Source: Mantamonas sphyraenae STR306
Lineage: Eukaryota; Protista; CRuMs
DNA length: 64,000 bases
Direction: 5' to 3'
Assembly (NCBI GenBank): GCA_026936335.1
Contig: JAPMXV010000035.1
Span: 186,001-250,000 of the forward strand
Shown here in pieces: positions 22,638-35,200 of the stretch (position 1 is its first letter; every line of letters begins with the position of its first letter). The position numbers and the translations under genes were made by a program. A model generated the notes under the pieces. It was not told the DNA's origin and searched no databases. It was given only the letters and a program-made list of their open reading frames with translations.

Positions 22638-24907
22638 ATGGAAGAGGTGGACCAGTTCCAGCGAAGCCGCGGGAGATCGCCGTCGCCCAAGCGTGGGCGA
22701 TTTGGAGACGAGCGTGGACGTGGGCCACCCGTTCCGGCGTACTGGGATGAGTCGGGGCGCGGACGAGGCCGTGACCGGTTTGGTGACGAGCGAGACGGGG
22801 AGCGGGGACGTGGATGGGCTGGTGGACGTCCACGTGAGTCGAGCCGCGAACGGTGGGAGAGAGAACGAGGCGGGCCGCCGGGTCGCATGCGAAGGTCTCC
22901 TCCCGGGTACCACAGAGAGCCCAGACGGCCCATGGAGTACGACAGAGATCGACGTGGGCGCAGTGGGGGGCGGCACGGACAGGGCGGGCGTGGAGGAGGC
23001 AGCCAGGGCAGGAGGGGTGTGGACAGGGCGGAAGAGTTGAACGCGCGCAAGTTTTATCACGAGCACAAACACGACGAGTGGTTTCTGGAACGATACCACC
23101 CGGAGAGATTGAATGCAGACGTTGCGACACGCAAGGAGAACGCACGAAAGGCGGCAGAGGTGTTTGCCAAGCAGGTGGAGAGCGGTGAGCTTGAGGCCTT
23201 CTCGCTTTTGCTCACCGAGTGGGACTCGCAGGATGTGCTGGACATGCGTGCACGGGCAGCATTGGAAGAGGAGGAGACAAACGCGGAGGACGGAGAAGCA
23301 AAGGCGGATGTGAAGGAGACAGAGTTGGAAGGCGCAAAGGAAACAAAGGAAACGGGCGAGGTGGAAGTGAGCACAACAACCGCCGCCACGGAAACCGAGG
23401 TGGAAGGGGACAATGGCGAGGAAGAAGAGGGAGAGGTGACTGACTTGGATGCATCGATGATGTCGACGGCGTCGTCAAGTTCGTCGTCCGGGTCTGCAGA
23501 GTGGATCAAGACACCGTCGTACAGGCAACATCCGGCACACACCGTGTTTGTGAACCTAATCCCACCCCAGGTGAGTCGAGAGCAGGTGTTGGAGGTGATG
23601 GGATCGCTGGACGGATGCGAGATTGTGAAAAGTGCCTTTTCGCCGCCGTCACGGAAAAAGGCTTTGTACCGGTTTGCGTGGGTGACATACGCCGAAGCAG
23701 AGCAGTGTGAACGGGTGTTGCAGGAGTTGAAGGAGCCCAAGATTGGCGACGTGACGATGGAGGTGCAGCGCAACGAGCCGAGATACAAACCGTACAAGGT
23801 GCTGGGACGCAAATTGCTGCAAGACGCGCGTGCTGTGGAGCATCTGCTGAAGAATGCGCTTGTGATGGTGGCGCAGCTGGACGGCTTGGCTGGTGTTGCA
23901 GCGGCGAACAGCGTGTACGCGCTGTTTGCCAAGGAAGGTGGGGCGGTGACATCCGGCGGCTCGGACATGGAGGAAGAGGTGGCGACGCCGGCGTTGGTGC
24001 AGTCTGCAGACGAGGTTGAGCTGACCGAGCGAGCTGAGAGCCGTCCGTGTGGGCCATGGATGTGTGTGTGCAGTACCTGCGTCAAGTGCACGCATTCTGC
24101 ATGTTTTGCCAGTCGCAGTTTAACGATGTGGATGAAGTAGAGGCACGGTGTGGACCGCAGCACCTGCGTTTTCATGCCACGGCCGAGGCCGAGGCCGAGG
24201 ATGACGGGTCGTCTGGTGAGGCTGCTGGTGGGGAGCAGGAGGCAGGGGAAGCTGACAAGGCGGTGGCAGAGAATGAGGCAAAGGGCGGTGAGGAAACCAA
24301 CCAGGACAAGGAATGGCAAAGTGGGTTCACACGGCAAGTGGAGCAGGAAGTTGGAAGGGTGGTCGAGGTGGGCAAGGAGAAAGGCAAAACGCACGCGGCC
24401 AAAGGCTGTCCTTATGTGGTGGAAGAGCGACTTCTGGGAAAGGCTTACTGCGCACAGCAGATGGGCAAGGCGTTGAGCAACTTTTACAAGCAGGAGGGAG
24501 AGGAGCTGTTTACATGCACGGTGTGCAGCAAGCATTTTCTGTCGCTGCATTTCATGACCAAACACATGAAGAACCGGCACGTGGAGTGTCAGGATGTGCT
24601 GCGGGACGCTCACATGAGCGACGAGGAGCTGGCCAACGAGGTGGCCATGAACAACTACCTAGCCGACCCTGGCAAGGTCACGTCGCTGCCATCGGCGCCG
24701 CGCGGGGCCACTGGAAGCAGCAGCAGCAGTAGTTCCGGCAGTCAGTATGGAGGGCGAGGGAGTGCGGGTGGAGGAGGACGAGGACCGAGGCCACGTGGGG
24801 TTGGCAACACTCCGTCGCCAGCGGCAGGTGGTCGCCGACGATCGATGGTGGCCTACGACGACGTGGCAGCCGCGCCTAGCACAACCACGACGCTGCAATA
24901 CCGATAA
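22638..24907 (+). CDS. SRRT: SERRATE/Ars2 cap-binding-complex adaptor (frame break near 24040)
   Basis: FYHEHKHDEWFLERYHP, RRM-like middle, YLRQVHAFCMFC, C2H2 finger CTVCSKHF..MTKHMKNRH, NNYLADP. Confidence 0.9.
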
Positions 24908-24963
24908 ACAGGGTTGACGTTGTTGTTCATTGGTACAGTAAATGTGGTTGTACAATAGATGCG

Positions 24964-27210
24964 CTAATTCAAACCGAGCACACTCCCGTCGAGCGTGACG
25001 CAGGGCACGAAAAAGAAGCCAGCGGCGTCTGTGCGAGGGCACCACGAAACACGAAACACGGCGACGTAGAGGTAGACAACGATGGCAGCTGAGCAGAGCA
25101 GAAACCAGGGGAAGAAAATGCGCAGGGGAGGAAGGTGGTCCCACGCCTTGAGAAGTCGCAAGTGTGTGGTGCAGCTCTTTGCGGCACGACGCATCACCTT
25201 CCAGCGGGCCCACTCGAACGGGTGACGCAGGCAGGGCGGAGAGAAACAGGGTGCACTCTCGGCCAGGGCCAAGGCATGGGCTTCTTCCTCCGCAGACTTT
25301 GCTGCTTTGTCGCCCACGACGTAGCGGCGCGAATGGTCCGTCCAACCGAGGGAAGTGTCGTCGCCAGCGCCGCTACCATGACTCTGTGAAGCCTCTCTGT
25401 TTGCCAGGAAGCCCGTGGATGGCTGTTGACGCGGACTAAGCTGGGCCAGTTCGACGTCCTTGGCCAGTCTGGCGCGGAGCTGGCGAGCGGCTGCTTCCCT
25501 CTGTTGGACCTCCTGTGAAAACATGGTGCCAAAGAAGACGACGCCCAGGGTGACCGCCAGTTCGACGGCAAACTCGATGCCCAGCTGGCCGAGGACACTC
25601 TGGACGGTGTCGATGACCGGCACGGTGGTTGTGGAATGTTGCAGCGGGGCAAGACGCAGGCCGACCACAAGCATCCCGCCCACAGGAATGCTGACGAGCT
25701 CGCACAACTCCCCAAACAAGCGATAATAGTCGTAATGGTCCGGGTGCAGCGAGTGGTTGACACGATAGCGCGCATATACGGGCGCATCGTCCTCCAAGTC
25801 GTCGCCAACAGCATTCTCGGTGTCGTTGTCGTTGTCGTTGTCGTTGTCGGTCGCTGCCGAGGGCATGCGTTTGCTGCAACAAACCCGTTCGAACGCGTGT
25901 TGGACGCGATAGTCGGCGTCACGGGCGTTGATGCGTTGGGTCGCGTCTAGGACGGACAGGGCGAACGAAAGCAGCAGCTGGCCCGTCACCGACTCCAAGT
26001 TGTTGACAAGGATGCGTGAGAGGAGCGAAATGCCAAACTGATTCGAAACCGCAAGCATGGCGGCGAGATCGCCTCCGTGTGCGGTGACGTGGTTGGCCAG
26101 CAGGCGATTGGCTGCGTTGACGAGCTCCGTGAGAACAGGGTGGAGCAGCACGCGCAGCAACGCTCGCTCCAGGTCGCTCGAGGCCACAGAGAAGAAGAGG
26201 AAGGGCAGAATGAGCAAATACAGAGTCTGTAGCATGTACTTGAGCAGGGTGAACTTGATCAGCTTCCAGGAAATCCAGCCACGGAGAGCGGGAATCTGCG
26301 CCTGGAGCGCACGTCCCACACAACGCAAGCCCAGCGCCATGGAGACCAGTCGCAGCAAGTGGGACAGCACGTTGGCAAGCCGCCCCAGCGGAAAGACGCC
26401 CATCAACACCGTACCCATGACCAAACCAGTAAGGGGCACGAGGAAGCTCAGAACCCCGTTTCGGTTCGAGAAAAATCGGCTGACGGGGATCGAAAAAAAC
26501 TGGCCGAACGAAACAAAGAGCAGGGAGGGCAAGGACCAGGCAAACAGGCCCATGGCCAGTGTGTAATCCCACCCAATGGCGGCAACGCGGCGCTCGGTAG
26601 GCACCAATCCCGCGTTGGTGAGTAGCTCGTCGGGATGCTGGCGACGTGTGGCCCAGTACCACTCCAGGCCCAGGCGCATGAGCATGACAATCGGAAACAC
26701 ACAGGCTGCAATGACCAAGGCAAACAGAAGCTGCATGATGCGATGGCGGACCACGGTGCCCATCAGCTGCTTGCGTAGGAAGCGTGCAAGCTGCGGACCT
26801 ATTTGTTGGGGTGAGGTTTGGCCGGAACTGAGGCTTGCGTTGGTGGCCTCTGCAGTGCCTTCGGCTTCTGTTTGCGCCTGCAGCTCGGCGCTGATGTGAT
26901 GCATGGGACCACTCGTTGCGCTAGAGCTGCGACGCCGTTGCGGACCTGGAGGCGTGGACGCATTGCGAGTGCGTGGGTCGTCGTGTGCACGTGAGCTAAT
27001 GGGTGTGGCTGTGCGTGAACCAACGGGTGTGGCTGTGCGTGTTGGTACAGGTGATGCCGACATGCGTGTGTCCATGTATTCCATCATGTCGTTGAGCACT
27101 TGCGAGCCTACGTCCACGTCTGCCGCCTCGGAGCGCGATCCACTTCTTGACGTGCGCGAATTGGCAACGCTATGACGCGTGTCGCTGCGTCGCCGTACGC
27201 CCTCCATCAT
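24964..27210 (-). CDS. Multi-pass membrane protein, divergent family member C
   Basis: Intact long ORF with Ser/Thr-rich N-terminus and ~10 TM segments; colinear motifs shared with A and B. Confidence 0.75.
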   Translation of the reverse strand: MMEGVRRRSDTRHSVANSRTSRSGSRSEAADVDVGSQVLNDMMEYMDTRMSASPVPTRTATPVGSRTATPISSRAHDDPRTRNASTPPGPQRRRSSSATSGPMHHISAELQAQTEAEGTAEATNASLSSGQTSPQQIGPQLARFLRKQLMGTVVRHRIMQLLFALVIAACVFPIVMLMRLGLEWYWATRRQHPDELLTNAGLVPTERRVAAIGWDYTLAMGLFAWSLPSLLFVSFGQFFSIPVSRFFSNRNGVLSFLVPLTGLVMGTVLMGVFPLGRLANVLSHLLRLVSMALGLRCVGRALQAQIPALRGWISWKLIKFTLLKYMLQTLYLLILPFLFFSVASSDLERALLRVLLHPVLTELVNAANRLLANHVTAHGGDLAAMLAVSNQFGISLLSRILVNNLESVTGQLLLSFALSVLDATQRINARDADYRVQHAFERVCCSKRMPSAATDNDNDNDNDTENAVGDDLEDDAPVYARYRVNHSLHPDHYDYYRLFGELCELVSIPVGGMLVVGLRLAPLQHSTTTVPVIDTVQSVLGQLGIEFAVELAVTLGVVFFGTMFSQEVQQREAAARQLRARLAKDVELAQLSPRQQPSTGFLANREASQSHGSGAGDDTSLGWTDHSRRYVVGDKAAKSAEEEAHALALAESAPCFSPPCLRHPFEWARWKVMRRAAKSCTTHLRLLKAWDHLPPLRIFFPWFLLCSAAIVVYLYVAVFRVSWCPRTDAAGFFFVPCVTLDGSVLGLN

Positions 27211-27378
27211 CCTTGGCAGTATTCGACCGGGATGAGAACGGGGAGAGGGGGGCAGCGGGGGCGAACAGATGGGAAGTGGTTTCCGAAAAGTGGTCCGTTT
27301 TGTTGCCTCCCACAGCTCGGTCATTGAGTTCTCCATCAACCCACTTTGGCACAGTCGCACCTTCCCACTGCAGTGCTC

Positions 27379-29626
27379 CTATACCACGGGCACCAGTCCA
27401 AGGATAACATCATAGGAGCCGCGAGCAGCCACGTTGCTGACCAGAAAGGAGACAAACGCTCCATACCACCAGATGGTCGAAGCGAGGATGACGGCGATGC
27501 CCGTGGCTGTGACGGTGGCAGGCTGGTCCATCCATTCAGACAGCAGTCGCACCTGAGAGGCAAAGACATGCGCAGATGGAAGCAGTAGTGAGCGTGTTTG
27601 CTGTTGCGTCAAGCAGGCCAGACCCTCTGCATCCTTTTGACCATGGTAGACGTAATTGTTGGCCGAGGGCTTGTTGACATTGGGAGAGTGGTTTTCGACG
27701 TGGCTGGGCAAGGCAGCAGGCGCTGAGGAACGGCGGCGATCAGTTTCGTCCATGGCCGACTTGAGCTCCCTGCTTGGGGTCCACATGCTTGCAAACTTGC
27801 AGCCCAGATATGTACAACAGAGGGCCACCACAAGCTGCAGCATAAACTCGACAAGGACTTGGAGAACCATGCTGGAGAAGATCTCACCGGACGGATGGCC
27901 GTTGACACCCAGCATGGCGGCGAGTATACCAGTAGTAAGGATGGAAACCAGCTGACTGTGCTCACTGGAGCGATGGAAGCGATCCCACATGTCAGCGTCA
28001 CTGCTGCGATTGGGCAGGACGCGCATGTCGTGCTGACGCAGCAGTTTGGCCACCCAATGGTCGGTATAGCGGGTCATGTGGCGCGTGAATGACGTAGTTG
28101 CAGACAGTAGCATGCCTGCAAACACTTGCGCTTGCAGGTTTGGCATGAGGAATACCAGAAAGTGCGAGGTCAGACTGGTCCACGTTAGAGCTGGGAGCAG
28201 GGTAAGTTCTTCGTTGTGCGCTCCCTGGTTGACCCATTTGTGACACATTAATCGTGATGATACAAGTAGAATCTGGTTGAATACTATGTGGTTGACCAGT
28301 ATCAGCAGAATGCGAGCGCTGTCCATATTGAAGCTGGTCCACAGGATTGGGAGAAGGATTACTTGCGCGGCTATGGTCCCATTGGTGATTACAAGGTGAA
28401 CAGCTATCCATAAATTGGCCACTTTCGTGCGGAGGATGTAGTCCCACGATGAATACAGAATCGATTGTGCAAAGCTGGGGAGAAAGTAAAGGAGAGCCAT
28501 GGTGATGCCGACGGGCAGTGAGGTCGTCGAACCCAAAGGCCCCAGACACATGACACACATGGAAAGAATGAGCGCGGAAAGGTGTCGCAATCGTGTGGAG
28601 TGGACGAATCGAGCGGAAGGCGTCCCAGGAAGGACAAGGTTGAACATCAGTGTCGGTGCGGCAATTGTATACACAGCGACGAGGAATGTGGCACCGAGGG
28701 CAGTGGCCACAATGCCGTCCCATCCAATGCGCTGCAAGGTAGTCAGCTGCTCGAGCGGGATGTTGCGGTCGTTCTCTTGTGTCACCCGGGTGTGCAGAAA
28801 ATATGTGAAAAGTGCCAAAAACGGAAAGCAGAACACAGTAGTGTACAGTGCCAGGCGCAATTGGCCCATGGTTCGTGTCAACGTCATGCGGGGTGCTGCC
28901 GAACGTGCTGCTTGGTACAGGAGGCTTTCCAGGGCATCGGCAGCGGTCACTTGCGAGGGAGCATTTGCAAGTTCTTCCAGATGTTCTTCGTCCTTGGCGC
29001 TGAGCCGCGCGCTCTCTCCCGAGGACAGGCTTTGATGGCCGCTGTTTTCTCGCTGAAAATGTGGTTTGGAGGAGATGGTGGGCAAATTTCGGCACCCCAC
29101 GCACTTGTTCCTCGATTGTGGTCTCCAACCATGAGTCAACGCCTGAGGAGGAGGACATTCCTTCGTTGTCGGCAGAAGCAAACACGTTGGCCCATTCAGT
29201 ATCATCTCCTTCTTCTTGTAAACTCCCTGTCGAGGTCCTACCAGACCTAATTCGTGAAGAGAGCCTCGAGCCTGATGTCCTTCCGCTTTCTCTGGAGCGC
29301 GTTCGCGAACCGATTCCTTCCAATTCCAAGTCTTTGTGTTTCGTGTGTTCTCGAATGGGAGCGGCTCTGGTATCTTCGCTGTTTCCTTTGCTGCGTCCAT
29401 TGCGTCTATTGTACTGTAGCATGAATCCCACGACCGAATTCTGCAACCCTGCCACTAGTTCGTTACCCTCCGTCGCCGTTGTGTCCGGTCGTGTAATGAA
29501 ACCGCTCCGTTCTCGACGTTCTTCCACGACCGCCATCAGTGTGCTCATAAACTCCTCCAGTTCGTTGCCATCCAACTCTGTGAGTTCATGTGCAGCAAGG
29601 GCACTGTTCATCATGTTCGAGGACAT
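27379..29626 (-). CDS. Multi-pass membrane protein, family member B
   Basis: N-terminal frame (EFMSTLMAVVEERRERSGF; VDSWLETTI) joins the TM frame (QLRLALYTTVFCFPFLAL) near 29053-29104, either via a possible 52-nt GTGCGT...TTTCAG intron or via an indel. Confidence 0.75.
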
Positions 29627-30174
29627 GGCAACAAGAGATGTCCTTGTTGAAAAAAGATTGTTGGTGTTGGGGGGACCCCAAAACGTCCCGAATGTTCGCC
29701 GGTGAGTTCAAAGCAGAATCACGTTCCTGCAAGTGAACGGTTGGAAGCACAACAAACTGGATCGATTGCCTCGCACATGGTGAGATTGTTTCACCACAGA
29801 AGCACGTTTGGAGTCAGTTGTCGTTTGAATGTTCTCCGGAAATTTGCGGTGGGGGACATTGGAGAGCGTGAACAAGGTTGTCCACCGAGGAAGACACCCT
29901 GAACAGTCATTCGATGCTCTCTGACACATGCTCCTGGGCATGAGAGTGTCAAATATGATCGCACAGGTGTCCACGGTCGGTCGCAAAAGGCCTGGGCGAA
30001 ATTGACCGGAAATCCGCACTATTCCCGTGATCCACATACCCAAACGTGCTGAAATCAAATCAAGAACAACATCTTTCGCGTTGAGGTGGAGAGGACATTC
30101 CATCTTTGATCGAAGAGGAACACAGAACAAGCATCACCACCAACAACGTCAACAACGCCTTCAGAGACGGCATC

Positions 30175-30777
30175 TCATGCATTTCCACCATTTGACGAAC
30201 CCTCAGTAGACGACCTCTTTGCCTTTCTGCGACGCACGACCTTGCGACGTCCCTTGAGCTCGCTGCGCTGTGCTTTGCGCCAGGTTCCTCCCTCCGTGTC
30301 CTGGCCCTCGCTCATGGACACGTCATCGACGTCATCATGAAATCCAGAGTCGGAGCCAGCCCAAGAAGAGGTGTTGGACATGCCACTGGCTGCCAGCTGC
30401 TCGGCCGCAAGCTGTTCGGCTTCGTCTCGGGGAATGCCCAGGTCGAGCAGCTGCTGGAGCACACTCTCGGGCGCACTGTTTTCCAGCACTTCTGCTGCGC
30501 CCGCGTATCGTTTTACATCCTTTTCACTGCGGCTCTGTAGTATCCTCTTGCCCGAATCGCTGTATTGGCGCGGTTCGGCCAGATCCTCCGCCGCTTCGCC
30601 CTCTGCTACCACGCGGGCAAACTCTTCGGCCGTGCGGCTGCCCATGCTGCTGCCCACAATGCTGTTGCTTCCGCTACTGCTGCTGCTGCTGCTGCTGCTC
30701 CCAACCACTACAGCCACCGTATCGTCGTCCAATTCGATGCACACCCCGTCCTCCTGGGTTTCGTGCGACTCCGCCAT
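30175..30777 (-). CDS. Hypothetical acidic protein with basic C-terminus
   Basis: ~200 aa ORF with UBA-like LQQLLDLGIPRDEA and NLS-like RRKVVRRRKAKR; no firm family. Confidence 0.5.
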   Translation of the reverse strand: MAESHETQEDGVCIELDDDTVAVVVGSSSSSSSSSGSNSIVGSSMGSRTAEEFARVVAEGEAAEDLAEPRQYSDSGKRILQSRSEKDVKRYAGAAEVLENSAPESVLQQLLDLGIPRDEAEQLAAEQLAASGMSNTSSWAGSDSGFHDDVDDVSMSEGQDTEGGTWRKAQRSELKGRRKVVRRRKAKRSSTEGSSNGGNA

Positions 30778-30813
30778 GGCGTGCACCCCTTTTTCTTTTT
30801 GTTTTTGCTGACC

Positions 30814-32232
30814 ATGGGCCTCTTGGACGCCGCGGAAGCAAACACTCGCACTCGCGAGAGCACAAGAGAGACATCGTCAAAGGCCGAGGGCATTGTGCAG
30901 CTGCATGTGTTCCACCAAGCCAAGTCGCTGGAACTGGAGCTGACTCGTCCGCTGGATTGGGCTCAGCTGCTGGACACCCTGGCAAGCCACTATGAGCTGA
31001 CCACCGAGCAGCGGGCGTCGCTCAAGCTCCTGTACCTGGATGAGGACGGCGACTGGTGCGTCATCTCTTCCGAACTGGAGCTGGATGGAGCCTGGCACTA
31101 CGCCGTGCTGCACGACAGCCCGTTGAGGGTTGTGCTCAAGGGCGACTGGAGCGCCATCGAGGCCTCCTGGACCCATGAAGAGATTGCACACGCCCACCAC
31201 AACCGCAACCGAAGCTACATCCACAGTCCCGCACGTCCGGGCGACAAGGATGTCGAGGAGCATGTGGCGCGCGAGGGAGAGCCCGCCCAAGTGTGGCGTG
31301 AAAACTTCTGCGTGGACGACGAGGAGTCTGCCAAGGCTCTCGACGCCGCCGACGTGGATTTCCACACATACAAGGACGCCATCACATTTAACGTCAACGG
31401 AAAGACGTACTCATTGGCCCAGGTGGATCCTGAGCTGAAGCTGGTGCACTTTCTGCGCCAAACGCTTGGTCTAACGGCCACCAAGGTGGGCTGTGGCGAG
31501 GGCGGCTGTGGCGCGTGCACGGTGTTGATGCAGTGGACCGATGCGCTGGGCGTCAACCGTGCCCAGCCCATCAACTCGTGTCTGCGACCCGTGGCCACCC
31601 TCAACGGCTGTGCTATCACCACCAACGAGGCGCTGGGAAGCGTGCGACGTGGGCTCCATCCGGTGCAGAAGAAGCTCGCCGACTGCGACGGATCCCAGTG
31701 CGGTTACTGCTCGTCGGGCATGGTCATGAACATGTACTCGTATCTGGCACAGCGAGGCAGCGACAAGCCCACCAAGCTGGAGATTGAGCAGCATTTCGAC
31801 GGGAACATTTGCCGCTGCACAGGCTTCCGCCCAATCATGACCGCCTTTCACAGCTTTGGCTCCGACGCAGACATTGAAGACACCAAACCGGCGGGCTGCA
31901 CAGGTTCGTGCACCACCTGCACGGCCGATTGCGAGCAGGCAGAGGGTCACACCCTCCACGAGCAGGAAACGTGCTGCTCGTCGTCGTCGTCGTCGTCGTC
32001 ATCATCGTCCTGCTGCAACAACGACAGCAGCACAGGGTGTGGTCAGACAACCAAGCAGAAGCGCCCCGTGCGCTCAACGTCGCCGACGATCGAGTACGAA
32101 GTGGTGGACAACCTTTCCCTGCTCCGCACCGACGGCGACAAGCGCAATGTGGGGTACATGTTCAGCGCCGACCACGGTAGTCGTAGTGGAAGCGGCAGCG
32201 GAAGCAGCAGCTTCAGCAGCATTCAGCAGCAT

Positions 32233-32263
<31 letters not shown>

Positions 32264-35200
32264 ACCGGCGGCAGCGCCGCTGTTTACGTGCAGCCAGACA
32301 CGCTGGACGAACTGCTGCACCTGCGTGCACAGTACGCAGACCAAGCCACGCGTCTGGTTGCGGGAAACACATCCATTGGAGTGGCAAAGTACTATTCGCC
32401 GTCGCCGCTGGACCACCCGTCGGTGTACATCGACGTGACCCAGGTGCCGGAACTGCACGGCACCAACGTGGGCCCAAGGGCCTCACTGTGGGCGCCAACA
32501 TGACGCTGTGTGACTACATCAGCACGCTGGAAACGGAAGCCAAGTCGCAGCCAAAGTTTGGTGCGCATCTGCCCGCACTGGTGCGCCACCTCAAGGTGGT
32601 GGCCAATGCACAGGTGCGCTCGGTGGCCTCGATTGCAGGCAACTTGATGTTGAACAAGGCACATCCAGACTTTCCATCGGATGTGCTGACGGTGCTGGTC
32701 ACGGCCAAGGCCACACTGACTGTGATGTCGCTCAGCGCGGGTGCGCAAACGGTGGACCTGCGCGACTGGAACGCATACAGCCTGCCCGGCGACGCAATCA
32801 TTCTGTCCGTGACACTGCCGTGGGACAACAACTTTGACTGGCACGTGGACACATTCAAGTCGAAGCTGCGCCATGCCAACTCCCATCCCATTGTCAACGC
32901 GGGCTTCAACGTGTCGGTGGATGCCAACGGCACCATCACAGAGGCGCTGCTGGTGTACGGTGGCGTGGACAGCGGCTCGCTGCTGCTGGCCGACAGCACC
33001 GCCGCGTATCTCGTGGGCAAGTCAGCCACCAGCAACGACACGCTGCAAGGCGCCCTGGCTGTGCTGCAGAAGGAGACGGTGCCCACACCGGATCCGCAAA
33101 AGGCCATGGGACCCGTGGCCAACCCCAAGTACAGGCAGACTGCAGCCCTGGGCTTCTTCTACCAGTTCTTCCTCACGCTGCAACCCAGCTTGCCTGCGGA
33201 TCTGCAAAGTGCGGCCGTGCACTATGAGCGCCCTTTGTCGCAGGGCACACAATCGTACAGCACAGACCCGAAGGAAGCCCCCGTGGGATCAGCGGTGCCC
33301 AAGATTGGCGGCTATGCACAGGCCTCGGGCGAGGCCAAGTACACCTGCGACGAACCGCTGGCGGAGAACGAGCTGTACGGTGCGTATGCCCTGAGCACGG
33401 TGGCTGTGGCGACGTTGGTAAGCATTGATGCAAGCAAGGCGCTGGCGATGCCCGGCGTGGTGGACTTTGTGAGCGCCGCCGACGTGGCCAAGGTCGGGGC
33501 CACCAACAACGCAGTGGGCAGCTTCCCCGGCGCCGAAGAGATCTTTGCCAGCGACCAAGTGCTGTACTACGGTCAGCCCATCGGGTTGGTGGTGGCCGAC
33601 ACGTGGGAACACGCCAGGCTGGCGGCTCTGGAGGTGACGGCGCAGTATTCCAACGTGACGGAGCCCATCCTGACGATCCAGCAGGCCATTGCAGCCAAGT
33701 CATTCCTGCCGGACAACCAGTACATGAGCCACATGAAGGACATGAGCAAGGGTGACGTCGACAAGGGGCTGGCCGCCTCGGACACGGTGCTCAAGGGCTC
33801 GCTCAGCTCCAACGGCCAGGAGCATTTCTACATGGAGACGCAGTCAGTGGCGGTGGCGCCCAGCGAAGAGGATGGTCTCACTGTGTTTGTCAGCTCGCAA
33901 GGCCCGGCTGCGGTTCGGTCCATGCTGACGACGGTGTTTGGCCTCAGCGCAAGCAAAATCAGCGTGACCACCAAACGAGCTGGCGGCGGCTTTGGCGGCA
34001 AACTGAACCGATGCCATCCGGTGACGGCGGCCACGGCGGTGGCTGCGCTGAAGCTGGGCGTACCCGTGCGCACGCAGCTGGACCGACAGACAGACATGAC
34101 GGCGATGGGCCACCGCACACCGTTCTACGCCGAATACGAGGTGGGTGTCATGAAGGACGGCACCATCAACGCCATGAAGGTGCACTTTTATGCAGACGGT
34201 GGTGCATACCACGCGGGCGGGTTTGGGTCCAACGACATGTGTCTGCTGTGGAGCGACGGCGCATACGACATCCCCAACTTTTATGTGGCGGGCGACGTGT
34301 GCAAGACAAACCTGGCAGCCAACACAGCCATGCGTGCACCCGGTGCGTTTGAGGGCATGTACTTTGTGGAGCGAATCGTGGAGCGTGTGGGTCGGCAGCT
34401 GCAGATGTCGCCCGTGGACGTGCGCACAAAGAACTTCTACAAGGTTGGCAGCGTGACGCCATACGGGCAGACGCTCAAGTATTGCAACCTGGAGACAGTG
34501 TTTGCGGAGGTGCAGAAGAATGCGGCGTACTCAGACATGGTGGCAGAGGCGCAGGCGTACAACAAGGCCAACCGTTGGCGCAAGCGTGGTGTGGGCATTG
34601 TGCCCACCAAGTATGGCATCAACCCCATCGGCCACCAGGAGTCTGTGATTGTCAACGTGTACGGGGACGATGGCAGCGTGGTGGTGACCACGAGCGGCGT
34701 CGAGGTCGGGCAGGGACTCAACACAAAGGTGGCGCAGGCCGTGGCGTACGAGCTGGGCGTGGACCTGGACATGCTCACACAGGGTGTCAACAGCACCGAT
34801 CGCATTCCGAACAGCATTGTGACGGGCGGGTCGAGTACAAGTGAGGCATGTGTGGCAGCGGCGCAACAGGCGTGTGCAACCATCAACGACCGACTGGCAC
34901 CATTCAAGAAGGCCGACCCGTCGGGAGGGTGGAAGAAGTGGGTGGCAGCCGCCAATGCCAAGGGCATTGACCTGAGCGTGAACGCACAGTATGACCCGCA
35001 GCCGTCGAACAACGACACGTTCCTGTACTTTACGTGGGGCGCGGCCGTGTGCTACGTGGAGCTGGACGTGATCTCGGGCGAGGTGCAGATCTTGCACACC
35101 GAGATGGTGTTTGACTATGGCCAGTCGCTGAACCCGATGATTGACATTGGCCAGAGCGAGGGTGCCTTTGTTCAAGCCATCGGCTACTTCCATACCGAGA

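Noticed and set aside
29630-30170. Long lower-GC spacer (also 19892-20180) as an ncRNA gene
   Set aside because: No recognisable snRNA, snoRNA or Sm-site motifs or convincing fold by eye; an Infernal/Rfam scan is needed.
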